Origin: the human T2T-CHM13v2.0 reference genome, Homo sapiens
Direction: 5' to 3' (one strand)
Length of the DNA stretch: 64,000 bases
Assembly: GCF_009914755.1 (NCBI RefSeq)
Contig: NC_060946.1
Shown: one piece after another, positions 1 to 13,900 of the stretch
Layout of the letters: each line of letters opens with the position of its first letter
How positions within the stretch are numbered: position 1 is the first letter of the stretch
Notes under the pieces: generated by a model
What the model was told of the DNA's origin: nothing
The model's database searches: none
Seen by the model: the letters and a program-made list of their open reading frames with translations, nothing else
Program-made: the position numbers and the translations under genes

Positions 1-212
1 GTTTCACAGAATGCTTCTTTCTAGCTTGTAGGGGAAGATATTCCCTTTATCACCATGGGCCTCCAACCGTCCGAAACGTCCACTTCCATATACTACCAAA
101 AGAGCGTTTCAAACCTGCTCTAGGAAAGGCAATGTTCAACTCTGTGACTTGAATGCAGACATCACAGAGCAGTTTCTGAGAATGCTTCTGTCTAGATTTT
201 ATAGGAAGATAT

Positions 213-229
213 TCCCGTTTCCAACGAAA
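213..229 (-). promoter_or_regulatory. CENP-B box 1 (intact; recurs at the same offset in every HOR)
   Basis: The plus strand TCCCGTTTCCAACGAAA reads TTTCGTTGGAAACGGGA on the minus strand, matching the consensus YTTCGTTGGAARCGGGA. Confidence 0.97.
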
Positions 230-554
230 TCTTCACAGCTATCCAAATATCCACTTGCAGATTCTACAAAAAGAGTGTATCAAAACTGCTCTGTCAAAAG
301 GAAGGTTCTTCTCTGTTAGGTGAGTGCATACGTCATAAAGGAGTTTCTGAGAATGTTTCTGTCTAGTGGTTATGGGAAGATATTTGCTTTTTCACCGTAG
401 GCCTCAGAGCGCTCCAAATATCCACTTGCACATACTACAAAAAGAGTGCCTCAAAGCTGCTCTCTGAAACGGAATGTTCAACTCTATGAGTTGAATGCAA
501 ACATCACAAAGACGTTTCTGAGAATGCTTCTGTCTAGATTTGATATGAAGATAT

Positions 555-571
555 TCCCGTTTCCAATGAAA
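555..571 (-). promoter_or_regulatory. CENP-B box 2 (mutated in U1 only; intact in other copies, e.g. 1919-1935)
   Basis: U1 reads TCCCGTTTCCAATGAAA. C567T changes the core TTCG to TTCA on the minus strand. Other units read TCCCGTTTCCAACGAAA. Confidence 0.93.
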
Positions 572-892
572 TCTTCAAATCTATCCAAATGTCCACTTGC
601 AGATTCAACAAAAAGTGTTTTTCAGAACTGCTCTATCAAAAGAAAGATCCACCTCTGTTAGCTGAGTTCACACATCACAAACAAGTTTATGAGAATGCTT
701 CTGTCTAGTTTTTATTTGAAGATATTTCCTTTCTCACCATAGACCTGAAAGCTGTCCTAATGTTCACTTCCAGATACTACAGAAAGAGTGTTTCAAAACT
801 GCTGTACGAAAGGGAATGTTCAACTCTGTGACTTGAATGCACACATCACAAAGAAGTTTCTGAGGATGCTGCTGTCTACTTTTTATACGTAA

Positions 893-909
893 TCCCGTTT
901 CCAACGAAA
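893..909 (-). promoter_or_regulatory. CENP-B box 3 (intact in U1; mutated in U3, U5, U7, U11)
   Basis: TCCCGTTTCCAACGAAA, preceded by the shortened flank TTTTATACGTAA. Confidence 0.97.
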
Positions 910-1063
910 TCCTCCAAGCTATCCAAATATCCACTTGCAGATTCCACAGAAAGACTGTTTCAAAACTGCTCTGTCAATAGAAAGGTTCAACTCTGTTAGC
1001 TGCGTGCATATATCCCAAAGAAGATTCTGAGATTGCTTCTGTCTAGTTTTTATGGGAAGATAT

Positions 1064-1080
1064 TTCCCTTTTCACCGTAG
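1064..1080 (+). promoter_or_regulatory. pJalpha-like (A-box) motif of an A-type monomer; homologues at 42-58, 384-400 and 726-742 and in every HOR
   Basis: TTCCCTTTTCACCGTAG (also TCCCTTTATCACCATGG, TTGCTTTTTCACCGTAG, TTCCTTTCTCACCATAG) occupies the CENP-B-box-equivalent position in alternate monomers and resembles the pJalpha consensus TTCCTTTTYCACCRTAG. Protein binding cannot be shown from sequence. Confidence 0.75.
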
Positions 1081-1234
1081 GCGTCAAGGCGCTCCAAATG
1101 TCCACTTCCAGATACTACAAAAAGAGTGTTTCAAACCTACTCTGTGAAAGCGAATATTCAACTCTGTGACTTGAATGCACATATCACAAAGAAGTTTCTG
1201 AGAATGCTTCTGTCGAGATTTTATATGAAGATAT

Positions 1235-1251
1235 TCCCGTTTCCAACGAAA
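1235..1251 (-). promoter_or_regulatory. CENP-B box 4 (intact; recurs in every HOR)
   Basis: TCCCGTTTCCAACGAAA is an exact match to the reverse complement of the consensus. Confidence 0.97.
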
Positions 1252-2728
1252 TCCTGAAATCTATCCAAATATCCCCTCGCAGATTCTACAAAAAGAGTGT
1301 TTCAAAACTGCTCTGTAAAAAGAAAGGTTCAACTCTGTTAGTTGAGTACACACATCACAAACAAGTTTCACAGAATGCTTCTTTCTAGCTTGTAGGGGAA
1401 GATATTCCCTTTATCACCATGGGCCTCCAACCGTCCGAAACGTCCACTTCCATATACTACCAAAAGAGCGTTTCAAACCTGCTCTAGGAAAGGCAATGTT
1501 CAACTCTGTGACTTGAATGCAGACATCACAGAGCAGTTTCTGAGAATGCTTCTGTCTAGATTTTATAGGAAGATATTCCCGTTTCCAACGAAATCTTCAC
1601 AGCTATCCAAATATCCACTTGCAGATTCTACAAAAAGAGTGTATCAAAACTGCTCTGTCAAAAGGAAGGTTCTTCTCTGTTAGGTGAGTGCATACGTCAT
1701 AAAGGAGTTTCTGAGAATGTTTCTGTCTAGTGGTTATGGGAAGATATTTGCTTTTTCACCGTAGGCCTCAGAGCGCTCCAAATATCCACTTGCACATACT
1801 ACAAAAAGAGTGCCTCAAAGCTGCTCTCTGAAACGGAATGTTCAACTCTATGAGTTGAATGCAAACATCACAAAGACGTTTCTGAGAATGCTTCTGTCTA
1901 GATTTGATATGAAGATATTCCCGTTTCCAACGAAATCTTCAAATCTATCCAAATGTCCACTTGCAGATTCAACAAAAAGTGTTTTTCAGAACTGCTCTAT
2001 CAAAAGAAAGATCCACCTCTGTTAGCTGAGTTCACACATCACAAACAAGTTTATGAGAATGCTTCTGTCTAGTTTTTATTTGAAGATATTTCCTTTCTCA
2101 CCATAGACCTGAAAGCTGTCCTAATGTTCACTTCCAGATACTACAGAAAGAGTGTTTCAAAACTGCTGTACGAAAGGGAATGTTCAACTCTGTGACTTGA
2201 ATGCACACATCACAAAGAAGTTTCTGAGGATGCTGCTGTCTACTTTTTATACGTAATCCCGTTTCCAACGAAATCCTCCAAGCTATCCAAATATCCACTT
2301 GCAGATTCCACAGAAAGACTGTTTCAAAACTGCTCTGTCAATAGAAAGGTTCAACTCTGTTAGCTGCGTGCATATATCCCAAAGAAGATTCTGAGATTGC
2401 TTCTGTCTAGTTTTTATGGGAAGATATTTCCCTTTTCACCGTAGGCGTCAAGGCGCTCCAAATGTCCACTTCCAGATACTACAAAAAGAGTGTTTCAAAC
2501 CTACTCTGTGAAAGGGAATATTCAACTCTGTGACTTGAATGCACATATCACAAAGAAGTTTCTGAGAATGCTTCTGTCGAGATTTTATATGAAGATATTC
2601 CCGTTTCCAACGAAATCCTGAAATCTATCCAAATATCCCCTCGCAGATTCTACAAAAAGAGTGTTTCAAAACTGCTCTGTAAAAAGAAAGGTTCAACTCT
2701 GTTAGTTGAGTACACACATCACAAACAA

Positions 2729-5700
2729 GTTTCACAGAATGCTTCTTTCTAGCTTGTAGGGGAAGATATTCCCTTTATCACCATGGGCCTCCAAACGTCC
2801 GAAACGTCCACTTCCATATACTACAAAAAGAGCGTTTCAAACCTGCTCTATGAAAGGCAATGTTCAACTCTGTGACTTGAATGCAGACATCACAGAGCAG
2901 TTTCTGAGAATGCTTCTGTCTAGATTTTATAGGAAGATATTCCCGTTTCCAACGAAATCTTCACAGCTATCCAAATATCCACTTGCAGATTCTACAAAAA
3001 GAGTGTATCAAAACTGCTCTGTCAAAAGGAAGGTTCTTCTCTGTTAGGTGAGTGCATACGTCATAAAGGAGTTTCTGAGAATGTTTCTGTCTAGTGGTTA
3101 TGGGAAGATATTTGCTTTTTCACCGTAGGCCTCAGAGCGCTCCAAATATCCACTTGCACATACTACAAAAAGAGTGCCTCAAAGCTGCTCTTTGAAACGG
3201 AATGTTCAACTCTATGAGTTGAATGCAAACATCACAAAGACGTTTCTGAGAATGCTTCTGTCTAGATTTGATATGAAGATATTCCCGTTTCCAACGAAAT
3301 CTTCAAATCTATCCAAATGTCCACTTGCAGATTCAACAAAAAGTGTTTTTCAGAACTGCTCTATCAAAAGAAAGATCCACATCTGTTAGCTGAGTTCACA
3401 CATCACAAACAAGTTTATGAGAATGCTTCTGTCTAGTTTTTATTTGAAGATATTTCCTTTCTCACCATAGACCTGAAAGCTGTCCTAATGTTCACTTCCA
3501 GATACTACAGAAAGAGTGTTTCAAAACTGCTGTATGAAAGGGAATGTTCAACTCTGTGACTTGAATGCACACATCACAAAGAAGTTTCTGAGGATGCTGC
3601 TGTCTACTTTTTATATGTAATCCGGTTTCCAACGAAATCCTCCAAGCTATCCAAATATCCGCTTGCAGATTCCACAGAAAGACTGTTTCAAAACTGCTCT
3701 GTCAATAGAAAGGTTCAACTCTGTTAGCTGCGTGCATATATCCCAAAGAAGATTCTGAGATTGCTTCTGTCTAGTTTTTATGGGAAGATATTTCCCTTTT
3801 CACCGTAGGCGTCAAGGCGCTCCAAATGTCCACTTCCAGATACTACAAAAAGAGTGTTTCAAACCTACTCTGTGAAAGGGAATATTCAACTCTGTGACTT
3901 GAATGCACATATCACAAAGAAGTTTCTGAGAATGCTTCTGTCGAGATTTTATATGAAGATATTCCCGTTTCCAACGAAATCCTGAAATCTATCCAAATAT
4001 CCCCTCGCAGATTCTACAAAAAGAGTGTTTCAAAACTGCTCTGTAAAAAGAAAGGTTCAACTCTGTTAGTTGAGTACACACATCACAAACAAGTTTCACA
4101 GAATGCTTCTTTCTAGCTTGTAGGGGAAGATATTCCCTTTATCACCATGGGCCTCCAACCGTCCGAAACGTCCACTTCCATATACTACAAAAAGAGCGTT
4201 TCAAACCTGCTCTAGGAAAGGCAATGTTCAACTCTGTGACTTGAATGCAGACATCACAGAGCAGTTTCTGAGAATGCTTCTGTCTAGATTTTATAGGAAG
4301 ATATTCCCGTTTCCAACGAAATCTTCACAGCTATCCAAATATCCACTTGCAGATTCTACAAAAAGAGTGTATCAAAACTGCTCTGTCAAAAGGAAGGTTC
4401 TTCTCTGTTAGGTGAGTGCATACGTCATAAAGGAGTTTCTGAGAATGTTTCTGTCTAGTGGTTATGGGAAGATATTTGCTTTTTCACCGTAGGCCTCAGA
4501 GCGCTCCAAATATCCACTTGCACATACTACAAAAAGAGTGCCTCAAAGCTGCTCTCTGAAACGGAATGTTCAACTCTATGAGTTGAATGCAAACATCACA
4601 AAGACGTTTCTGAGAATGCTTCTGTCTAGATTTGATATGAAGATATTCCCGTTTCCAACGAAATCTTCAAATCTATCCAAATGTCCACTTGCAGATTCAA
4701 CAAAAAGTGTTTTTCAGAACTGCTCTATCAAAAGAAAGATCCACCTCTGTTAGCTGAGTTCACACATCACAAACAAGTTTATGAGAATGCTTCTGTCTAG
4801 TTTTTATTTGAAGATATTTCCTTTCTCACCATAGACCTGAAAGCTGTCCTAATGTTCACTTCCAGATACTACAGAAAGAGTGTTTCAAAACTGCTGTACG
4901 AAAGGGAATGTTCAACTCTGTGACTTGAATGCACACATCACAAAGAAGTTTCTGAGGATGCTGCTGTCTACTTTTTATACGTAATCCCGTTTCCAACGAA
5001 ATCCTCCAAGCTATCCAAATATCCACTTGCAGATTCCACAGAAAGACTGTTTCAAAACTGCTCTGTCAATAGAAAGGTTCAACTCTGTTAGCTGCGTGCA
5101 TATATCCCAAAGAAGATTCTGAGATTGCTTCTGTCTAGTTTTTATGGGAAGATATTTCCCTTTTCACCGTAGGCGTCAAGGCGCTCCAAATGTCCACTTC
5201 CAGATACTACAAAAAGAGTGTTTCAAACCTACTCTGTGAAAGGGAATATTCAACTCTGTGACTTGAATGCACATATCACAAAGAAGTTTCTGAGAATGCT
5301 TCTGTCGAGATTTTATATGAAGATATTCCCGTTTCCAACGAAATCCTGAAATCTATCCAAATATCCCCTCGCAGATTCTACAAAAAGAGTGTTTCAAAAC
5401 TGCTCTGTAAAAAGAAAGGTTCAACTCTGTTAGTTGAGTACACACATCACAAACAAGTTTCACAGAATGCTTCTTTCTAGCTTGTAGGGGAAGATATTCC
5501 CTTTATCACCATGGGCCTCCAACCGTCCGAAACGTCCACTTCCATATACTACAAAAAGAGCGTTTCAAACCTGCTCTATGAAAGGCAATGTTCAACTCTG
5601 TGACTTGAATGCAGACATCACAGAGCAGTTTCTGAGAATGCTTCTGTCTAGATTTTATAGGAAGATATTCCCGTTTCCAACGAAATCTTCACAGCTATCC

Positions 5701-8700
5701 AAATATCCACTTGCAGATTCTACAAAAAGAGTGTATCAAAACTGCTCTGTCAAAAGGAAGGTTCTTCTCTGTTAGGTGAGTGCATACGTCATAAAGGAGT
5801 TTCTGAGAATGTTTCTGTCTAGTGGTTATGGGAAGATATTTGCTTTTTCACCGTAGGCCTCAGAGCGCTCCAAATATCCACTTGCACATACTACAAAAAG
5901 AGTGCCTCAAAGCTGCTCTTTGAAACGGAATGTTCAACTCTATGAGTTGAATGCAAACATCACAAAGACGTTTCTGAGAATGCTTCTGTCTAGATTTGAT
6001 ATGAAGATATTCCCGTTTCCAACGAAATCTTCAAATCTATCCAAATGTCCACTTGCAGATTCAACAAAAAGTGTTTTTCAGAACTGCTCTATCAAAAGAA
6101 AGATCCACATCTGTTAGCTGAGTTCACACATCACAAACAAGTTTATGAGAATGCTTCTGTCTAGTTTTTATTTGAAGATATTTCCTTTCTCACCATAGAC
6201 CTGAAAGCTGTCCTAATGTTCACTTCCAGATACTACAGAAAGAGTGTTTCAAAACTGCTGTATGAAAGGGAATGTTCAACTCTGTGACTTGAATGCACAC
6301 ATCACAAAGAAGTTTCTGAGGATGCTGCTGTCTACTTTTTATATGTAATCCGGTTTCCAACGAAATCCTCCAAGCTATCCAAATATCCGCTTGCAGATTC
6401 CACAGAAAGACTGTTTCAAAACTGCTCTGTCAATAGAAAGGTTCAACTCTGTTAGCTGCGTGCATATATCCCAAAGAAGATTCTGAGATTGCTTCTGTCT
6501 AGTTTTTATGGGAAGATATTTCCCTTTTCACCGTAGGCGTCAAGGCGCTCCAAATGTCCACTTCCAGATACTACAAAAAGAGTGTTTCAAACCTACTCTG
6601 TGAAAGGGAATATTCAACTCTGTGACTTGAATGCACATATCACAAAGAAGTTTCTGAGAATGCTTCTGTCGAGATTTTATATGAAGATATTCCCGTTTCC
6701 AACGAAATCCTGAAATCTATCCAAATATCCCCTCGCAGATTCTACAAAAAGAGTGTTTCAAAACTGCTCTGTAAAAAGAAAGGTTCAACTCTGTTAGTTG
6801 AGTACACACATCACAAACAAGTTTCACAGAATGCTTCTTTCTAGCTTGTAGGGGAAGATATTCCCTTTATCACCATGGGCCTCCAACCGTCCGAAACGTC
6901 CACTTCCATATACTACAAAAAGAGCGTTTCAAACCTGCTCTAGGAAAGGCAATGTTCAACTCTGTGACTTGAATGCAGACATCACAGAGCAGTTTCTGAG
7001 AATGCTTCTGTCTAGATTTTATAGGAAGATATTCCCGTTTCCAACGAAATCTTCACAGCTATCCAAATATCCACTTGCAGATTCTACAAAAAGAGTGTAT
7101 CAAAACTGCTCTGTCAAAAGGAAGGTTCTTCTCTGTTAGGTGAGTGCATACGTCATAAAGGAGTTTCTGAGAATGTTTCTGTCTAGTGGTTATGGGAAGA
7201 TATTTGCTTTTTCACCGTAGGCCTCAGAGCGCTCCAAATATCCACTTGCACATACTACAAAAAGAGTGCCTCAAAGCTGCTCTCTGAAACGGAATGTTCA
7301 ACTCTATGAGTTGAATGCAAACATCACAAAGACGTTTCTGAGAATGCTTCTGTCTAGATTTGATATGAAGATATTCCCGTTTCCAACGAAATCTTCAAAT
7401 CTATCCAAATGTCCACTTGCAGATTCAACAAAAAGTGTTTTTCAGAACTGCTCTATCAAAAGAAAGATCCACCTCTGTTAGCTGAGTTCACACATCACAA
7501 ACAAGTTTATGAGAATGCTTCTGTCTAGTTTTTATTTGAAGATATTTCCTTTCTCACCATAGACCTGAAAGCTGTCCTAATGTTCACTTCCAGATACTAC
7601 AGAAAGAGTGTTTCAAAACTGCTGTACGAAAGGGAATGTTCAACTCTGTGACTTGAATGCACACATCACAAAGAAGTTTCTGAGGATGCTGCTGTCTACT
7701 TTTTATACGTAATCCCGTTTCCAACGAAATCCTCCAAGCTATCCAAATATCCACTTGCAGATTCCACAGAAAGACTGTTTCAAAACTGCTCTGTCAATAG
7801 AAAGGTTCAACTCTGTTAGCTGCGTGCATATATCCCAAAGAAGATTCTGAGATTGCTTCTGTCTAGTTTTTATGGGAAGATATTTCCCTTTTCACCGTAG
7901 GCGTCAAGGCGCTCCAAATGTCCACTTCCAGATACTACAAAAAGAGTGTTTCAAACCTACTCTGTGAAAGGGAATATTCAACTCTGTGACTTGAATGCAC
8001 ATATCACAAAGAAGTTTCTGAGAATGCTTCTGTCGAGATTTTATATGAAGATATTCCCGTTTCCAACGAAATCCTGAAATCTATCCAAATATCCCCTCGC
8101 AGATTCTACAAAAAGAGTGTTTCAAAACTGCTCTGTAAAAAGAAAGGTTCAACTCTGTTAGTTGAGTACACACATCACAAACAAGTTTCACAGAATGCTT
8201 CTTTCTAGCTTGTAGGGGAAGATATTCCCTTTATCACCATGGGCCTCCAACCGTCCGAAACGTCCACTTCCATATACTACAAAAAGAGCGTTTCAAACCT
8301 GCTCTATGAAAGGCAATGTTCAACTCTGTGACTTGAATGCAGACATCACAGAGCAGTTTCTGAGAATGCTTCTGTCTAGATTTTATAGGAAGATATTCCC
8401 GTTTCCAACGAAATCTTCACAGCTATCCAAATATCCACTTGCAGATTCTACAAAAAGAGTGTATCAAAACTGCTCTGTCAAAAGGAAGGTTCTTCTCTGT
8501 TAGGTGAGTGCATACGTCATAAAGGAGTTTCTGAGAATGTTTCTGTCTAGTGGTTATGGGAAGATATTTGCTTTTTCACCGTAGGCCTCAGAGCGCTCCA
8601 AATATCCACTTGCACATACTACAAAAAGAGTGCCTCAAAGCTGCTCTTTGAAACGGAATGTTCAACTCTATGAGTTGAATGCAAACATCACAAAGACGTT

Positions 8701-10912
8701 TCTGAGAATGCTTCTGTCTAGATTTGATATGAAGATATTCCCGTTTCCAACGAAATCTTCAAATCTATCCAAATGTCCACTTGCAGATTCAACAAAAAGT
8801 GTTTTTCAGAACTGCTCTATCAAAAGAAAGATCCACATCTGTTAGCTGAGTTCACACATCACAAACAAGTTTATGAGAATGCTTCTGTCTAGTTTTTATT
8901 TGAAGATATTTCCTTTCTCACCATAGACCTGAAAGCTGTCCTAATGTTCACTTCCAGATACTACAGAAAGAGTGTTTCAAAACTGCTGTATGAAAGGGAA
9001 TGTTCAACTCTGTGACTTGAATGCACACATCACAAAGAAGTTTCTGAGGATGCTGCTGTCTACTTTTTATATGTAATCCGGTTTCCAACGAAATCCTCCA
9101 AGCTATCCAAATATCCGCTTGCAGATTCCACAGAAAGACTGTTTCAAAACTGCTCTGTCAATAGAAAGGTTCAACTCTGTTAGCTGCGTGCATATATCCC
9201 AAAGAAGATTCTGAGATTGCTTCTGTCTAGTTTTTATGGGAAGATATTTCCCTTTTCACCGTAGGCGTCAAGGCGCTCCAAATGTCCACTTCCAGATACT
9301 ACAAAAAGAGTGTTTCAAACCTACTCTGTGAAAGGGAATATTCAACTCTGTGACTTGAATGCACATATCACAAAGAAGTTTCTGAGAATGCTTCTGTCGA
9401 GATTTTATATGAAGATATTCCCGTTTCCAACGAAATCCTGAAATCTATCCAAATATCCCCTCGCAGATTCTACAAAAAGAGTGTTTCAAAACTGCTCTGT
9501 AAAAAGAAAGGTTCAACTCTGTTAGTTGAGTACACACATCACAAACAAGTTTCACAGAATGCTTCTTTCTAGCTTGTAGGGGAAGATATTCCCTTTATCA
9601 CCATGGGCCTCCAACCGTCCGAAACGTCCACTTCCATATACTACAAAAAGAGCGTTTCAAACCTGCTCTAGGAAAGGCAATGTTCAACTCTGTGACTTGA
9701 ATGCAGACATCACAGAGCAGTTTCTGAGAATGCTTCTGTCTAGATTTTATAGGAAGATATTCCCGTTTCCAACGAAATCTTCACAGCTATCCAAATATCC
9801 ACTTGCAGATTCTACAAAAAGAGTGTATCAAAACTGCTCTGTCAAAAGGAAGGTTCTTCTCTGTTAGGTGAGTGCATACGTCATAAAGGAGTTTCTGAGA
9901 ATGTTTCTGTCTAGTGGTTATGGGAAGATATTTGCTTTTTCACCGTAGGCCTCAGAGCGCTCCAAATATCCACTTGCACATACTACAAAAAGAGTGCCTC
10001 AAAGCTGCTCTCTGAAACGGAATGTTCAACTCTATGAGTTGAATGCAAACATCACAAAGACGTTTCTGAGAATGCTTCTGTCTAGATTTGATATGAAGAT
10101 ATTCCCGTTTCCAACGAAATCTTCAAATCTATCCAAATGTCCACTTGCAGATTCAACAAAAAGTGTTTTTCAGAACTGCTCTATCAAAAGAAAGATCCAC
10201 CTCTGTTAGCTGAGTTCACACATCACAAACAAGTTTATGAGAATGCTTCTGTCTAGTTTTTATTTGAAGATATTTCCTTTCTCACCATAGACCTGAAAGC
10301 TGTCCTAATGTTCACTTCCAGATACTACAGAAAGAGTGTTTCAAAACTGCTGTACGAAAGGGAATGTTCAACTCTGTGACTTGAATGCACACATCACAAA
10401 GAAGTTTCTGAGGATGCTGCTGTCTACTTTTCATACGTAATCCCGTTTCCAACGAAATCCTCCAAGCTATCCAAATATCCACTTGCAGATTCCACAGAAA
10501 GACTGTTTCAAAACTGCTCTGTCAATAGAAAGGTTCAACTCTGTTAGCTGCGTGCATATATCCCAAAGAAGATTCTGAGATTCCTTCTGTCTAGTTTTTA
10601 TGGGAAGATATTTCCCTTTTCACCGTAGGCGTCAAGGCGCTCCAAATGTCCACTTCCAGATACTACAAAAAGAGTGTTTCAAACCTACTCTGTGAAAGGG
10701 AATATTCAACTCTGTGACTTGAATGCACATATCACAAAGAAGTTTCTGAGAATGCTTCTGTCGAGATTTTATATGAAGATATTCCCGTTTCCAACGAAAT
10801 CCTGAAATCTATCCAAATATCCCCTCGCAGATTCTACAAAAAGAGTGTTTCAAAACTGCTCTGTAAAAAGAAAGGTTCAACTCTGTTAGTTGAGTACACA
10901 CATCACAAACAA
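2729..10912 (-). repeat. 2-HOR super-repeat (2728 bp x about 3): variant unit with broken CENP-B box 3 alternating with a canonical unit
   Basis: Linked SNVs at 3192T, 3381A, 3535T, 3616T, 3624G and 3661G recur at +2728 and +5456 and are absent from the intervening units. The ORF track agrees: '...KIHIC' ORFs start at 3174, 5902 and 8630, and 65-aa ORFs at 2850, 5578 and 8306. Confidence 0.9.
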
Positions 10913-13900
10913 GTTTCACAGAATGCTTCTTTCTAGCTTGTAGGGGAAGATATTCCCTTTATCACCATGGTCCTCAAACCGTCCGAAACGTCCACTTCCA
11001 TATACTACAAAAAGAGCGTTTCAAACCTGCTCTAGGAAAGGCAATGTTCAACTCTGTGACTTGAATGCAGACATCACAGAACAGTTTCTGAGAATGCTTC
11101 TGTCTAGATTTTATAGGAAGATATTCCCGTTTCCAACGAAATCTTCACAGCTATCCAAATATCCACTTGCAGATTCTACAAAAAGAGTGTATCAAAACTG
11201 CTCTGTCAAAAGGAAGGTTCTTCTCTGTTAGGTGAGTGCATACGTCATAAAGGAGTTTCTGAGAATGTTTCTGTCTAGTGGTTATGGGAAGATATTTGCT
11301 TTTTCACCGTAGGCCTCAGAGCGCTCCAAATATCCACTTGCACATACTACAAAAAGAGTGCCTCAAAGCTGCTCTCTGAAACGGAATGTTCAACTCTATG
11401 AGTTGAATGTAAACATCACAAAGACGTTTCTGAGAATGCTTCTGTCTAGATTTGATATGAAGATATTCCCGTTTCCAACGAAATCTTCAAATCTATCCAA
11501 ATGTCCACTTGCAGATTCAACAAAAAGTGTTTTTCAGAACTGCTCTATCAAAAGAAAGATCCACCTCTGTTAGCTGAGTTCACACATCACAAACAAGTTT
11601 ATGAGAATGCTTCTGTCTAGTTTTTATTTGAAGATATTTCCTTTCTCACCATAGACCTGAAAGCTGTCCTAATGTTCACTTCCAGATACTACAGAAAGAG
11701 TGTTTCAAAACTGCTGTACGAAAGGGAATGTTCAACTCTGTGACTTGAATGCACACATCACAAAGAAGTTTCTGAGGATGCTGCTGTCTACTTTTTATAC
11801 GTAATCCCGTTTCCAACGAAATCCTCCAAGCTATCCAAATATCCACTTGCAGATTCCACAGAAAGACTGTTTCAAAACTGCTCTGTCAATAGAAAGGTTC
11901 AACTCTGTTAGCTGCGTGCATATATCCCAAAGAAGATTCTGAGATTGCTTCTGTCTAGTTTTTATGGGAAGATATTTCCCTTTTCACCGTAGGCGTCAAG
12001 GCGCTCCAAATGTCCACTTCCAGATACTACAAAAAGAGTGTTTCAAACCTACTCTGTGAAAGCGAATATTCAACTCTGTGACTTGAATGCACATATCACA
12101 AAGAAGTTTCTGAGAATGCTTCTGTCGAGATTTTATATGAAGATATTCCCGTTTCCAACGAAATCCTGAAATCTATCCAAATATCCCCTCGCAGATTCTA
12201 CAAAAAGAGTGTTTCAAAACTGCTCTGTAAAAAGAAAGGTTCAACTCTGTTAGTTGAGTACACACATCACAAACAAGTTTCACAGAATGCTTCTTTCTAG
12301 CTTGTAGGGGAAGATATTCCCTTTATCACCATGGGCCTCCAACCGTCCGAAACGTCCACTTCCATATACTACCAAAAGAGCGTTTCAAACCTGCTCTAGG
12401 AAAGGCAATGTTCAACTCTGTGACTTGAATGCAGACATCACAGAGCAGTTTCTGAGAATGCTTCTGTCTAGATTTTATAGGAAGATATTCCCGTTTCCAA
12501 CGAAATCTTCACAGCTATCCAAATATCCACTTGCAGATTCTACAAAAAGAGTGTATCAAAACTGCTCTGTCAAAAGGAAGGTTCTTCTCTGTTAGGTGAG
12601 TGCATACGTCATAAAGGAGTTTCTGAGAATGTTTCTGTCTAGTGGTTATGGGAAGATATTTGCTTTTTCACCGTAGGCCTCAGAGCGCTCCAAATATCCA
12701 CTTGCACATACTACAAAAAGAGTGCCTCAAAGCTGCTCTCTGAAACGGAATGTTCAACTCTATGAGTTGAATGCAAACATCACAAAGACGTTTCTGAGAA
12801 TGCTTCTGTCTAGATTTGATATGAAGATATTCCCGTTTCCAACGAAATCTTCAAATCTATCCAAATGTCCACTTGCAGATTCAACAAAAAGTGTTTTTCA
12901 GAACTGCTCTATCAAAAGAAAGATCCACCTCTGTTAGCTGAGTTCACACATCACAAACAAGTTTATGAGAATGCTTCTGTCTAGTTTTTATTTGAAGATA
13001 TTTCCTTTCTCACCATAGACCTGAAAGCTGTCCTAATGTTCACTTCCAGATACTACAGAAAGAGTGTTTCAAAACTGCTGTACGAAAGGGAATGTTCAAC
13101 TCTGTGACTTGAATGCACACATCACAAAGAAGTTTCTGAGGATGCTGCTGTCTACTTTTTATACGTAATCCCGTTTCCAACGAAATCCTCCAAGCTATCC
13201 AAATATCCACTTGCAGATTCCACAGAAAGACTGTTTCAAAACTGCTCTGTCAATAGAAAGGTTCAACTCTGTTAGCTGCGTGCATATATCCCAAAGAAGA
13301 TTCTGAGATTGCTTCTGTCTAGTTTTTATGGGAAGATATTTCCCTTTTCACCGTAGGCGTCAAGGCGCTCCAAATGTCCACTTCCAGATACTACAAAAAG
13401 AGTGTTTCAAACCTACTCTGTGAAAGGGAATATTCAACTCTGTGACTTGAATGCACATATCACAAAGAAGTTTCTGAGAATGCTTCTGTCGAGATTTTAT
13501 ATGAAGATATTCCCGTTTCCAACGAAATCCTGAAATCTATCCAAATATCCCCTCGCAGATTCTACAAAAAGAGTGTTTCAAAACTGCTCTGTAAAAAGAA
13601 AGGTTCAACTCTGTTAGTTGAGTACACACATCACAAACAAGTTTCACAGAATGCTTCTTTCTAGCTTGTAGGGGAAGATATTCCCTTTATCACCATGGGC
13701 CTCCAAACGTCCGAAACGTCCACTTCCATATACTACCAAAAGAGCGTTTCAAACCTGCTCTAGGAAAGGCAATGTTCAACTCTGTGACTTGAATGCAGAC
13801 ATCACAGAGCAGTTTCTGAGAATGCTTCTGTCTAGATTTTATAGGAAGATATTCCCGTTTCCAACGAAATCTTCACAGCTATCCAAATATCCACTTGCAG

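Larger units (their letters stand above)
1..1364 (-). repeat. Reference HOR unit U1 (8 monomers: 7 x 171 bp + 1 x 167 bp)
   Basis: The homologous 17-bp box sites start at 42, 213, 384, 555, 726, 893, 1064, 1235 and 1406. The spacings are 171, 171, 171, 171, 167, 171, 171, 171, which sum to 1364. Confidence 0.97.
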
